DNA of 64,000 bases from Octopus vulgaris (taxonomy: Eukaryota): contig OX597814.1 in the NCBI GenBank assembly GCA_951406725.2, positions 186,744,001 through 186,808,000 of the forward strand, in the 5' to 3' direction. The translations under genes and the position numbers were made by a program. This document shows, piece by piece, positions 38,068-51,761 of the stretch; position 1 is the first letter of the stretch, and each line of letters begins with the position of its first letter. Below the pieces are notes generated by a model. It had not been told where the DNA came from and made no database searches. It saw only the letters and a program-made list of their open reading frames with translations.

Positions 38068-38481
38068 TCTTTTACTCTCATTTACTTGTTTCAGTCATTT
38101 AACTGTGGCCATGCTGGAGCACCGCCTTTAGTCGAGCAAATCAACCCCAGGACTTATTCTTTGTAAGCCTAGTACTTATTCTATCAGTCTCTTTTGCCAA
38201 ACCGCTAAGTTACGGGGATGTAAACACATCAGCATCAGTTGTCAAGCGATGTTGGGAGGACAAACACAGACACACAAACACATACACACACACACACATA
38301 TATATATATACATATATATGACGGGCTTCTTTCAGTTTCTGTCTACCAAATCCACTCACAAGGCTTTGGCTGGCCCGAGGCTATAGTGGAAGACACTTGC
38401 CCAAGGTGCTACACAGTGGGACTGAACCCAGAACTATGTTGTTCGTAAGCAAGCTACTTACCACAAAGCCACTCCTGTGCC
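38068..38481 (-). mobile_element. SINE family A, near full length
   Basis: Close match to 12525-12933 with many CpG>TpG/CpA changes. Confidence 0.92.
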
Positions 38482-39552
38482 ACACTGCTGGAGAAAAAGA
38501 AAGAAATGTTACTCAATTTCATGAAACATTGTCCGAAAGACTAGTGTACTTTGTTAAGCAATCAAATAACTTTCATAAAATCGGCAAACAGTGAGATATG
38601 CACTATGGGCTTATGGAAGTATTTTTATTTTTTCTTTCAGTAAATTGCTTTTCCTACATAAGTACAGAAACAAAGGCAGTCTAAATTTTGCCTATTTGTC
38701 TCCTTTCTGAAAACAATCTTTTTTGCCATCAGAAATATCAATAGCTTTCAGTTTAAGGTTGCTGTTGTTACCTAGTACATTACACCTCATTCTTTAAAAG
38801 TTTTTACTCTAAGTTCAACCCAAATTTCATTTTTCTTTTTGTGTACTAACTGTTTACATTAATAATATCACATACAGCAGTGAGCCACTTCTATATTGCT
38901 GCTACTATACTGTTGTTCCTCTTACTAATCTTCTTAATCTCTGCCATGGTAATATTCATGCATTTTGATTCTACTCATTCTTCTAAATTTTAAACTTTTC
39001 TTCAATTCTCTAAAACATTCTACAATGAAAATCAGACTGTCAAAATACAAAAGTTCATAGATATCATCTGCCTAACTGCCTCATACATTAGTTTAAATAG
39101 TAACAGGCTGAGGACATTTCTCTAGTGTTATATCCTTTTATCGCACACAACTGAATATTTTTTTAGGTTATAGTAAAAGTTTTTCCATTATACGAAAGTA
39201 AATGAGTTTTCCAAAATGATATAACATCAAAGAATATTAAATTCTTCATTGAGTTCACAGTGTATCCAGGCCCTGCTGCTAGTACTCAATACACATTCTC
39301 ATTCCCACTTCATGGAACAGTTACAAAAGCTTTCAATATTGTGCCTGTTTTTCACCCAATACATGTCTTAAGTTGCATTAGCAGAAATTTAGTTTCTGTA
39401 GTTACACAGCCCCAAACAGTATTCTATGCAACTTCAAGCTATTGTATATGAGCTTTGTTTGGATTCATTCTATCACTCTCATTATTTTCTGCATTAACTT
39501 AAAGATTCTATGTAATTTCACCTGCTTAACTGCTCCTCTACATTCTTATATA

Positions 39553-40756
39553 CAGGGTGTCCCAAAATTATGTCAACCAACTTTTTTCAACTTTGCTAAA
39601 GCAAAATATTGTTATAATTTAGGTTCAAGCAATGCAATGCAATGGTAAAGGAAACAGAATTATGATTCTATCACATTTATTTGATATGACCGCCTCTGTT
39701 TCAAACCACAGCCTTAAGTCTAGGTGCAAATGCTTCACAGGCAACATGCAACTGCTCTTGCAGAATGAAAACCCATTCTTGGTGTCAAATGAAGCATAAG
39801 GAGTGCTTGAGACCCTTGTCTCCAAAATGGACCAAACTGAAAAATCAAACAGGTTGAGATTGGGGCTTCTTGAAGGCAGTACATCCTTACCCATGAACGA
39901 TGGAATGTTTTTCTGAATCCAATGTTGTCTGTTAGGAACTGTGGGATGATGTGGAGTTCTGTTGGAGGCTCCAAGGTGCACCTTGAAAGTGTTCACTCAC
40001 CCATGGGAGCTGTTCAGCTTCCAGAATGTCGCTAATGTATTGGTGGGTGTTAATTTTAACACCCCAAGGCCACAAAGACAAGGGAGACCTTCCAATGGTT
40101 GTCACAGCTGCCCAAACCATAACTAACTGTGGATTTTGACATTGATTTACAAATCTACCCTCAATGGATCCAGATGCACTCCAAAGTCGGTCATTCTGGT
40201 GGTTTACTGTCTGTTCGATGTCAAATTTCTTTTCATCAGTGAACACCAGATTGGGCAGCATGCCTTCAGCAATCTGACACAGGATAAGATAACTTCTCTC
40301 CAGTCTCATGGCCTTAGAAACTTGTGTGAGCTCGTGATGGTGGATCATCTTGTAGGAATGGATCCTGAGATCCTCCATCAGCACTCAATACATCAATATT
40401 TGGATTATTTTTGCTGTGGCAGCTAGTTTTCTGACAGAATGACAAGGGCTTCACTGTTCCTTTTCTCTGGTACTTTTGATAAGCTGAGATCACAGTCTCT
40501 TGAAATATTTTTTCAATTTTTAAGACTGTTGTTTGGTTAATTTCAAGCTGTATTACTTTCGCCGCATTTGTGGAGATTTATGATCGTATTTTGGTTTATA
40601 GCCATTATCTAATTTATAAATCTGAATTTATTTAGTCTGAAACAAAAAGAAGATGCACTTAGCTTTTATAACGATGTATAATTTTCATATATTATCACAT
40701 TAATTGATAATTATTGATGCCCGAAACTTCGGATGCCTTAATTTTGAGACACTTTG
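39553..40756 (-). mobile_element. Tc1/mariner-superfamily element, DD37D (maT)-like, inactivated
   Basis: TIR CAGGGTGTCCCAAAATTA / TAATTTTGAGACACTTTG; TA TSDs; transposase motifs VFTDEKKF..NHQNDRLW, VMVWAAV, LQQN(S), PSRSPNLNLFDFSVWSILE; frameshifted. Confidence 0.88.
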
Positions 40757-41619
40757 TATATTATGATGACACCTTTTTGTACAATCTAAATAGTTGAATG
40801 GCTGATACACTGACACCAATTGGCCATAAAGCTTTCAGAATCTCAGTAACTATTTCAGGAAGATCTGCAGCTTCTCCTGTCAACATGTTATTATTTAATT
40901 TAGCATCTATAATATAATGGAGAAAGCTGCTTATTAATTAGGTATGTAACAGTTACTAAAAGAAAGCAATTATTAAAGGCTTGACTGTCTGGAAATTTTT
41001 TTATAAATTCATGTTCCAAAAAATTTCCTGTAATTTTGATTTCTTAAGTTTATTGTTTTCACAAATTTAAATATTCATTGCATTCACTGCGGAGTAGATT
41101 TTAATATTTAATAAACAATATTATTCATTTCCAACAGTCTCTCACCTCTATTTTCATTAATGATAATTTATTATATATTCATTTCAATGTTTTCATTTCA
41201 AGTTTTAATTCACTATTTGCAAAACCCACAGTTTATTCTATACATGTAATGTAAAAAAGTTATTTATTGAATGAATGAATGATATTAGATAAAATAGCTG
41301 TATAAATTTGAGGCTTATGATATGAGGCACAATTTCAAGAATATTAGTTTGGGGACTTTGTTAAATGAACGTTTTTGATAAAATGATAATTTTTTTAATA
41401 TACCAATATAAACAAAAAAGAAAAAACTTAAGAAGTGATTTTGTTGGTATGACTGTTTGGAACACTATAAGCCTTACAATAATAACTATGTGATCACTGC
41501 TATTTCTAGCACAGTAAATGTAGTTGGGTTACCTTGAAGTTTGTTTAAATTAGAGATATATTACAACTACGATAAAATACTGAAAGAAATATTTACTAAG
41601 CGAGATTTTTTTTTATAAA

Positions 41620-42228
41620 CTAGTAGTATAGCCCAGCATTGCTCAGGTTTGTTTTTTAGTTGCACTTAAAACGGCAGACTTTGATGTCACATTAACAATG
41701 TTCTGTCTTACGTTAATGCAATTAGTTTTTCTCACAAAAAATCGAAATTGAAATTGCTGAATTGTACTCAATGCTGTAGCAGTTGACCTTAAAAAGTAGT
41801 GCATTCACGCAGCGAACATTACTCCTCTGCATTGGATCAGCTGATCCATCGTTCACTCAAAAACCAATGACAACACAAAAAAATTCTTTTCGACCCTTTA
41901 GAATTAGAATTTTTGAAAAGTAAAAATTTTGCATTATATAGCTTGTTATTCTCTTTAAGTGAACATTTTTCTGGTTGAAATACACCGAAAAATGACAACA
42001 CAGCAGTCAAAAAATCGTAAAAAATAGGAATTTTCATAGAAAAAAAAAAGCACCTTTTTGATGTAAATAATTTTTGGTCTTAACATAGTCCAATTTGAAT
42101 TTCTTCTACGGAATGAAGAGCAAGCCTTCTTCAATCATACTCTCAATTTTGGTCAACTTGAGATAGTGTTAGTTGAAGGCTACCAAACCTGCCACACACA
42201 CAGACAACTTCAGCTTTATATATACAGA
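41620..42228 (-). mobile_element. non-autonomous Helitron
   Basis: Minus strand starts TC(TGTATATATAAAG) and ends CCTGAGC-AAT-GCTGGG hairpin..CTAG; inserted between A and T; no TSD. Confidence 0.85.
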
Positions 42229-43424
42229 TTGAAGTTTTCAGGAAAATTTACTTTCTGAACTTACTTTTATCAACAGTCCTTGTCTTCACAGCCCCATTTC
42301 TCTGACTGTGTAGTCACCACATAACTGCTACACACACATACAAAATGTATGTTTGTGTGTGTGTTTGCATATATGAATTTATATATGCGTACATTCCTTT
42401 GTCTTGAAGTATGAAGCGGAGTTTATCCATAACAACAGTTTTGAATTTCTACTATAACATTATATAACACTGGTATTTTCACATGAAGCATAATTTATTT
42501 GTTACTTTGCATTCATTCCTTTATTATCACATTGCAGAGTTCAATTTCTTAAATATTTTTACAATTGTGAAAAATTAAATATAACCAAGTAATTTCAAGC
42601 CTCTTTCTTTTATCATTAAAATATTATTTTTAAGCATTCGTTTCATCCTTTTTTTTTTTTTGATCTTTGAAATCTGTATCACTGCCATTTCAATATAATA
42701 CAAAATTATTTTTGCACATATTAGATTATTTTAAATTCTCACAGTTCTTGTGTAATCTAGATCCTTCTATGTTACTCAGAAGAATTTCTTTGCAATTTCT
42801 TTTTCACTATTATCTTTCAAATATTTTACATGTTTTCTTACTTTCTAATTTCTTGATATTCACTTTCTTATTTCCAACAGAATTCTCTATAAATTTTTAT
42901 ATACTTATTTCAAAATGCTAAATCTGAACAATGTTCTAATGTAATTTTTCAAGTAACATTAGCTAGAAAATTAGATCTAAATTCAAAACTTTTCCTTTCA
43001 TTTTTTTTAAAGTGGCAAGAAAAATATAGAAAAGAAATCGTTCAAACTAAAGTGTATAGCAAATGCATTGAATCAAAGAAAGGAAAGTTCAAAAGTGATC
43101 CAAATTATTCAGTACAGTTAGCATCTTGCATTAAATTTCCTACAACACAAAACTTAATCAAACTTAGTTGATAGGATTCCTGGTTTGACTAGTGAGGAAC
43201 GAGTGAGAATAGCAGTCAAATGTCCCTCAGATCATATACTATGTTAAAAAAGGAAGAGGCACTTTAGATAATGCAATCCTGAATATCACTGAAAAAAAAA
43301 AAAAAAAGGTTATGAACTTTTTTAAATGTGTGGAATGACCAGTTATGATATCAATAAAAGACATAACCATCATATCACCATTTTGCTAAACTGGTGACAA
43401 GCTACACCATGGTATGTCAGTATT

Positions 43425-43780
43425 CACACAAACACACATACGATAGGTTTTCATACAGTTTCCAGCTACCAAATTCACACAAGTCATTGATCGCCCCAGG
43501 ACTATAGTAGAAGGTACATCCAGATTCTGTGCAGTAAGATGGAAACTGAAACCATGTGATTTGCAGAATAATTTTAACCACTCAGCCATGCCTTTGACAA
43601 TTGCCATGTAGTATTTAGTTAAGACCCTTTACATTTTGGATTCAAATGTTGCTGAGACCAGCTCTGTTTGTCTTCCTGCTAAGGTGCATAAAATAAAGTA
43701 TCTGTCAACTATTAAGGGTCAATTTAATTGTACCCTACCCCAAATTCCTGGCTTTGTGCATTGTTAGAAATCAATATTTC
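43425..43780. mobile_element. decayed SINE A head (minus) joined to a decayed SINE B (plus)
   Basis: Recognisable motifs of both families. Confidence 0.6.
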
Positions 43781-44451
43781 TAATGTGTCATGTATCCTAA
43801 CCAGACATTATATTATAGGAACAGCTATGAATCATATTTTTTACAGTAGTCAACAATCATCTAATTTGATATCGATTCTCTTTCTGCTGTTGTCTGCTAT
43901 CAGCCATACATACAATTGACCACGAAGTGAAATCAAATGAACTATAGGTCTAATTATAGTATAAGCTGCAATGTAATATAAGATGAACTATATTTTTCAC
44001 TGAAGTGTATAGCTTATGAGAGTTGTTTGAAAATAGTAAATAATAATTTCACTTCTTAATGGTTGTATGTGCAAATGATTGAGTGTGTGTATAAAATCTC
44101 AACATGTAGGTGGAACGTGTTTATACAACAGAATATGGCCTACATCAACTTAACTGTGAATACTAATATTTTCATAACTAATCTTATATATTTCCACTAC
44201 AGTTTTTTTTTTTCCATTTGCCTGCTTCGATGATAAGAACCTTCTAATGTACTTCTTCACCATGCATTTTTCAATGATATAAATCACATATCCATACTAC
44301 TACAGCTTTCTCTTTGTACACATAGCACACAGCTTTCCCATCAGTTAACAATGCACATACAATGGATCATACTGAACTTATCTCCTACACTTATTTTCAT
44401 TGTCAAACAGTATGTGGCTTCTTATAGACACCTTACATAACTTACACTTCG

Positions 44452-47185
44452 CATCATCATCATCATCATCGTTTAACGTCCACTTTCCATGCTAGCATGG
44501 GTTGGACGGTTCAGCTGGGGTCTGGGAAGCCCGAAGTCTGCACCAGGCCAGTCAGATCTGGCAGTGTTTCTACAGCTGGATGCCCTTCCTAACGCCAACC
44601 ACTCCGTGAGTGTAGTGGGTGCTTTTTATGTGCCACCGACACAGGTGCCAGACAAGGCTGGCGAACGGCCATGCTCGGATGGTGCTTTTTACGTGCCACC
44701 GGCATGGAGGCCAGGCATGGAGGCCAGGCGAGGCTGGCACGGCCACGATCGGATGGTGTTTGTTACGTGCCATCAGCACGGGGGCCAGTCGATGCGGTGC
44801 TGGCTACGGCCACGTTCTGATGATTCTCTTATGTGCCACCGGCACTGGTACCACAAACTACAAATTCCGTTGATGTTGATCGATTTCGATTTTGATTTGA
44901 TTTTTTGATTCTTTGATTTTCGCTTGCATCAACAGGTCTTCACAAGTAGAGTTATGTGTCCCAAGAAGGAAGGTATTCACAGGTGGACTGACTATGTCCC
45001 AGGTAGGGGCCACGGGTTATGGCCTCACTTGTCCTGCCGGGTCTTCTCACACACAGCATACTTCCAAAGGTCTCGGTCTCTGGTCATTTCCTCGGTGAGA
45101 CCTAAAGAGCGACGGTCATGCTTCACCACCTCGTCCCAGGTTTTCCTGGGTCTATTTCTTCCACAGGTTCCCTCAACCGCTAGGGTGTGGCACTTTTTCA
45201 CACAACTATCTTCATCTATTCTTACCACATGTCCATACCAACGTAGACGTCTCTCTTACTTCTTAGGTCCAACTTTTCACTCAAGGCACTTACACTCTGT
45301 CGAGTATGAACACTGACATTACACATCCATCGGAGCATACTAGTTTCATTTCTTGCGAGCTTATGCATAACCTCAGCAGTCACGGCCCATGTTTCACTGC
45401 CATTTAGCATGGCTGTTTGTACACATGCGTCATACAGTCTGCCTTTTACTCTGAGCGAGAGGCCTTTTGTCACCAGCAGAGGTAAGAGCTTTCAGGCTAT
45501 TCTTACTCTAGCAGTTACACTTTCGGCACACCCGCCCCCGCTACTGACTTGATCACCTAGGTAACGGAAACTATCAACTATTTCTAGTTTTTCTCCCTGG
45601 AATGTGGCGGAAGATGGTCTCTGCACATTTTCCTAGTTAGCCTTCCTTTGACATTGCTGCACCTCTTATGTGTCCATAGCTTACACTTGGTGCATCTTAT
45701 AGAGTTCCTACCTACGCCTTTTCTACAGATCGAGCAGGACCATCTACCTGAAGGCGTTTGAGATTTATCTACCTTCCTACTTATTAGGACTTTGGTTTTA
45801 GCTAGGTTGACTCTAAGGCCCTTCGATTCTAATCCTTGCTTCCACACCTGAAACTTCTCCTCCAGTTCTGATAGTGATTCAGCAATTAGAGCAAGGTTAT
45901 CAGCATAGAGGAGCTCCCAGGGGCATCCTGTCTTGAATTCCTCCGTTATTGCCTGGAGGACTATGATAAATAGGAGGGGGCTGAGGACTGAGCCTTGGTG
46001 GACCCCAACCTCTACCTGGAATTCTTCACTGTACTCGTTGCCAACCCTCACCTTACTAACAGCGTCCCTGTACATGGCACACACAGCTCTCACTAACCAT
46101 TCATATATCCCTAATTTCCTCATTGACCACCAGATAAGGGATCGGGGGACCTTGTCAAAGGCTTTCTCCAAGTCAACGAAAGCCAGGTACAGAGTTTTAT
46201 CTTTGGCTAGGTATTTCTCCTGCAGCTGTCTCACCAGAAATATGGCATCGGTGGTGCTTTTCCCTGGCATGAAACCAAACTGCATCTCATCCAGGTTGAC
46301 TCTCTCCCTAATCAGTTGGGCTATGACCCTTTCCGTAATCTTCATTACCTGATCCAACAGCTTGATACCTCTGTAATTACTTGTATCTGGGGCGTCACAT
46401 TTACCTTTGTAGCAGTTGACTATTATTCTACTACACCAGTCATTGGGTATGACTCCTTCGTGTATCACCTGGTTAACTATACGGGTGACTAGGCTATAGC
46501 CGACACTGCCAGATATTTTGAGCATCTCAGCAGTAATTCCTGATGAGCCTGGGGCTTTCCCTGTCTTCATGCTTCTAATTGCCTTAACTACCATGGAACT
46601 GTCAACTCGGATAGCTGGTCCCTCTATTGGGTCGACATTCGGCAGACTCTCTTTATCCCATTCATTCTCTTTGTTGAGCAGCCTTTCATAGTGGCATCTC
46701 CAAACCTCTCTCTTTGCATCCTCATTTAGTGCAAGTAAACCATCATCCATGCGAACACATTTCTCTCCTACCACATCACGATTCTCTCTCACACACTGTC
46801 TTGCAACATGAAACACTTCAAGTCTTTGGTCCTCACGGTGCAGAACACTGGCAAATTTTTTCTTATCTGCTTCTTCTCTGGCTAAATATACCTGTATCCT
46901 AGCTTCTCTTTTTGCAGTCTGATACAACTCCCTACTACCGCCATTCCTCCAGTCCTTCCAAGCCTGTCTCTTGTCTCTAATAGCCCTGTCTACAACATTG
47001 TTCCACCACCACATTACCCTGGGACGTGATGGGACTTTGCTCCATCCACAGATCTGGTCAGTGGCTCTCAGCAGATTGTCCTGTAGAAACCTCCAGTTGG
47101 CTTCCACATTATGTGATGCTATATCCCCTTCTATTTCATCGAAAGCTTCGAGTAGGACTTCTCTAAATCTCCGTCCATTGCACTG
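44452..47185 (-). mobile_element. RTE-clade LINE, 5'-truncated
   Basis: RT ORF, C-terminal GHVVRIDE..GRNRPRKTW, 3' UTR with repeated 'ttttacgtgccaccggca', and (GAT)n tail at 44452-44470. Confidence 0.95.
45584..47185 (-). pseudogene. RTE reverse transcriptase ORF remnant (551-aa ORF; first ~18 aa read from flanking DNA)
   Basis: KAPG, NYRGIKLL, QFGFMPG, FVDLEKAFD, GVHQGSVLSPLLF, LLYADN (catalytic YADD altered), then CSIC..CTKC..H..C. No endonuclease; frameshift after the Zn motif. Confidence 0.9.
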
Positions 47186-47281
47186 TTTAATCTTTTCTCT
47201 GGTCTCACTAACTTGACTGCCGCCATAGTGGAGCATCACCTTTAAGGGTTATATTTCATTATATTGAACCCAGCACTTTGT

Positions 47282-48518
47282 ATACAGAGGTATCAAAATG
47301 CTGGACCATGTCAGGAGAGTTACAAAATGGGTCATAGCTCAATTAATTAGGAAGAGAGTTAACCTAGGTGATATGCAGTTTTGTTTTGTGCCAAGGAGAA
47401 GCACTACATGGTAGAGAAATATGGACTGTGAAAGCAGAAGCTATGAGAAATCTTGGAAGAAATGAAGTCAGCATGCTCTGCTGGATGTGCAATGTCAGTG
47501 CACATGAATAATAAAGTATAAATGTGTTGAGAGAAAAACTGGATATAAGAGGCATCAGATGTAATGTGCAAGAGGGACGACTGTGCTGACATAGTCATGT
47601 GATGCATATGGATGTAGATAGTGACATAAAGAAGTGCTGATCTCTAAATGGAAGGAACCTATGGGAGAGGAAGACAAGGAACGAAGTAGAGAAAAATGAT
47701 CTTCAGATGTTGAGCCTCACAGAGGAGACAACAAAGGACCAAGATGATTGGCAATTTTCTGCCCTTGAGAAGATCTGTCTAGCTAAATAAAGTTAGGCTT
47801 GTTTATGTCCATACCTCTGCACACAATCTGTTCCTGACAAACCTCTCCCCTACAGCCCATCTTCCTAACACTGCTCCTCTCCCTTCACCCATGTTCACCA
47901 CTCACTATATTTCCCGCCCCTCTATCTCCCATTCTTCTTCACACCCTTATGAACAATATGTCCCTGTCAAATCTCTTCCCTACAACATATCCTAACACCC
48001 CTTCCTACTACCTGTGTCCACTCACTACATTCCCCCCATTTCTCTTCCATTTCCCACTCTCCTTTCACAATCTTGCGAACTTAACCACCCACTTACCCTA
48101 TCCAATCCCTGGTTCCACTTCACTAATATACACCTTCCTGTATGGCTCATATCTTCATTATCTTCTTCTTCCCCCTCCCTTTCTCTCTAGCTGAGGTAAC
48201 CACATATCTCCTCCACTGCAAGACACCTATTTCTGTTCCTATATCCATACTCTACCCTTTCATCACCTGGCACAAAGCCACCTCCCACAATACTACTCCT
48301 CACTCACTTGCAAGTTACCTGGTAACCTCACTGTTGCTGGTGCCATTTAGAAAGCACCCAGTATGCCTTGTAAAATGGTTGGTGTTAGGAAGGGCATCCA
48401 GTCATAGAAACCATGCCAAGCCAGACAGTAGAGCTTGGCACAGATTTCTGACTTGCTAGTTCCTGTCAAACCTTCCAACCAATGCCAGCATAGGAGGAGG
48501 ACATTAAATGATGATGAC
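47282..48518 (+). mobile_element. older RTE LINE copy with a large internal deletion
   Basis: RT piece (RGIKMLDH..VIAQLIRKRVNLGDMQF.FVPRRSTT) fused directly to the C-terminal piece (EIWTV..RNEVSMLCWMCNV); 3' UTR ends in ATGATGATGA. Confidence 0.85.
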
Positions 48519-51500
48519 AATAATACATAAACATGACTATGTTCAAATTTGATCTTTATTATTAAAGAATTTTCATATTATTTGTCTTTTATGTTTAGCT
48601 TGGAACAATAACATTCCTAAATCCATTAAGCTAACATTTCAAGACCTTCACAAACTCATTTTAAAATCAAACAGTTGTAAAGCCATGTAGGCTGCATATT
48701 TTGTGGTGAGTTGCAGACACTTGGGAATAGTTTTAAAACTAATAAAATCCTCAATCCTGGATTTATATTTATAAACAGTACATCCTAGTCGAGTTCATTA
48801 TATCATGACATAATTCTTTTTACAACTTACTGGAGAACATGTAGCCTATATATCATTACAATAGTTTATTACAATTAGATTGCGAATGCCTTGCCTATGT
48901 GGATACAAAGTTTGCTTCATAACCTTGTGGTTTTAGAATCTATGCTGCTAAATAGTACCTCTTGAATTATAGCAGGCTTAAAAGTAGTAAAATTGATGAT
49001 ATTATATACATATATGTATATCATATACATATATGTTATATACTTGTATATATTATTATACTCACACATATACATATATGTACCTGTCATCGGCAAGGGT
49101 TTTCAACATTTGATGACTCAAAACAAAAAGTCTTAAATCTACAACTATGACATATGAACTTCAATATACTAATGAAAATGGTTGCCTCATCTTGATCTGA
49201 AGCCAATCATCAAATCAGCTCTAATGCATTTGTCTGTACTTGCATTGTTTGTCCTCACTGTCTGTTTAGCAAAACTGAAGACATTTCCCCAATATCCACC
49301 TGGAGAAGAAAGGAGATCTCTAAAAATTATTATCCAGGCTGAAGTAATTGAGGCGATTTCATCTTTTCCCTGCCTTAGCAGAATCTAGTCCAACTCCTGC
49401 CCCTTAGACAATGAGGTCACTAACTGTCAAAGAGCAGCCCACAGTCTCTGGACTCCCATAACACCATGTCTGAGAAGCTGAAAACAAAATCATGGCTGTT
49501 GTACCCTTTACTGTGGTTGTGGAAGCTGGTGCACACGCACACACACACACATTCATCCATAGACACACATACCCTTAACATAGTTCTCAAGCAGAATCAG
49601 TGTGCTATAGTATATGATAAGGCTGTGGATTTAAATTACAAGTACAACCCATCCAATGGGCATCTATACAGTTTCAGTTTACCCAGTTTCCCTCACTTAA
49701 GGCCATCAAAAAGGGCATTCAATAATACAATTTAATTGTAAAATATGAATGAAGGTAGGAATTGAAACGTGCATAGACAACATGAAATTGACTACTATTA
49801 AGTAAATAAATTGATTTTCTGTGTTCACATTCTCCATTGTCTTTAAATTATATTATTAAAATTCTATATGGGATAGATGAAAACATCTATAATGACCACT
49901 GGAAAAGTGAACATTTTTTATGGGTTATTATTTTAACGCCCACTATATATTCAAAAGCTTGAGCTCAATGAATCACACAAGACATAGCTTCCTTGGAAAA
50001 ATGAGTCCACAAGGACAATTTCTTATGACAAACCTTTTGTTATACCTCCATGGGTATCCATCTGCATGTGAGTCTTCAGTGAGCTTTAAATCCTTACCAC
50101 AATGAAGTTAAATGTGATATATAAGACTGGAAAGTAATTATGCTTTGTGTATTTGCATTTACATACATATGAGTATTTTTAAATAATCATAACCAAGATA
50201 CATCGCACAATGTTGTGCCAAAAATCTGTCTTCTGTTAACTTTGAAAGATCTTCAGTTTATGTTGTGTGTGTCTACCAATAAATGCCAATATAGCTGACT
50301 TATCTTCATTTTGTGTTAGGGTGTCAAAATTCTCCAAATTATAACATTTTATAAGGCCTGTTGTTCAGCAGGATAACAGTGGCCAGCAATGTCCACCTTG
50401 CATTGAGCAATAATAAAGATAGTCGAAACTTGTTCATAAGTCTCATATTTGGTCTTGTGCTTATGCTATGAGATGTTCTGAGCCCTCAAGTGTTGTTAAT
50501 AGCCAATTGTCCATGCTAATTAAGAATTTTAATGAAATATTAGGTGGAACTAACTTCAAAAATGACATGTCACACAAGAATCTTTATAGTATGTAGTGGT
50601 AACAGTCCATTATTTTACTTTCATTCCTTAAGTTTCTTTTTATAAGTAAACAGTTTTTGACCTGGAAACCATCTGCACCTGACAGAGTTGAAAATTTCTC
50701 TTTCATGGGGCTCTGGAAACAAAGAAACACTGAAACATCTTATTTTCAGCAATGCTAGCTTAATATGTTAACTAAATACTTCTAACAATGATGTTGAGTA
50801 AATATCAACCCAAAGCCATGCAGTTACCACGTGATATTCTTAACAACAGTCATGTTTGTGCCTATATTAAATTATATATATATCATATAAATTATTAAAA
50901 CATATATTAGTAGAGTTGTACAAAATGAATCTCATCTGAGTAATATTTTAATTTTCACTTTTACTAGGGTAAACATTTTTATAAATCTATTTTACTATCC
51001 AGTTTTAAAATAGAAACTTTTAAAATTGGATTTTTAAAAAAACACTTTATGCTCTCCATTTCAAAGTACACAGCCAGTGTTCACTTTTCCACTTTTGAAA
51101 TTTTTATCAGAAATCTTCTCTGAATTAGGTCTTAAACATAGGAGAGCACTATCCTGCAAGGAAAAAATAGTTTTTAGGTTAGGGGTTGGAGGTTTCAGGG
51201 TTTAGGTTTATTGTTAGGTTTAAGACATGGAGTTAAGAGTATAAAGCTTAGGGTTAAAGCATAGACTTACAGTTAAAGTATATACTTAGGGTTAAAGTAT
51301 AGATTTGTATAGACTCAATTTGTGAATTTTTTTAAAACACAATCATAATTTCTAATATATAAAGCATAAAAATCTAAAAATATTTTTTTAAATAAATTAA
51401 AAATCAAAATGATAAGTGGGGTGCATATCAGGTATATATGTTGTATATATATATTAAAAATATATTGACTGTATTGTCATGGATGGAATAGTATTGTTAT

Positions 51501-51723
51501 TTCCTTTTACAGTGGTTTATTGAATGCATGTAATATTTTAAAAAGTAAAAGAAATATATAAATCTGTTACAAATAATGTATGATTAGTTTGAATCAATAA
51601 CATTCCCAAGTTCATTAGTATTTATTCTCGGTTTCATCTGAATAAGCTTTGTTGCAACTTTTTATATAGTAGTCATCAAGGAAGAGATCATGGAAATGGT
51701 GTAACTCATAATGAATGAATGAA

Positions 51724-51761
<38 letters not shown>

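Noticed and set aside
46540-46550. Other CTGATGA/TCATCAG words (46540, 44818, 40233, 52080, 62359)
   Set aside because: No accompanying stems or GAAA/NUH partners found; most lie inside TE sequence.
45584-47239. 551-aa RT ORF as an active or domesticated gene
   Set aside because: 5'-truncated, start codons come from an adjacent SINE remnant, catalytic D changed to N, downstream frameshifts.
51170-51300. TTAGGG-like motifs (also ~14367 and ~56548) as interstitial telomere
   Set aside because: Only 1-2 degenerate units, and at 14367 and 56548 they lie inside MITE-type repeats.
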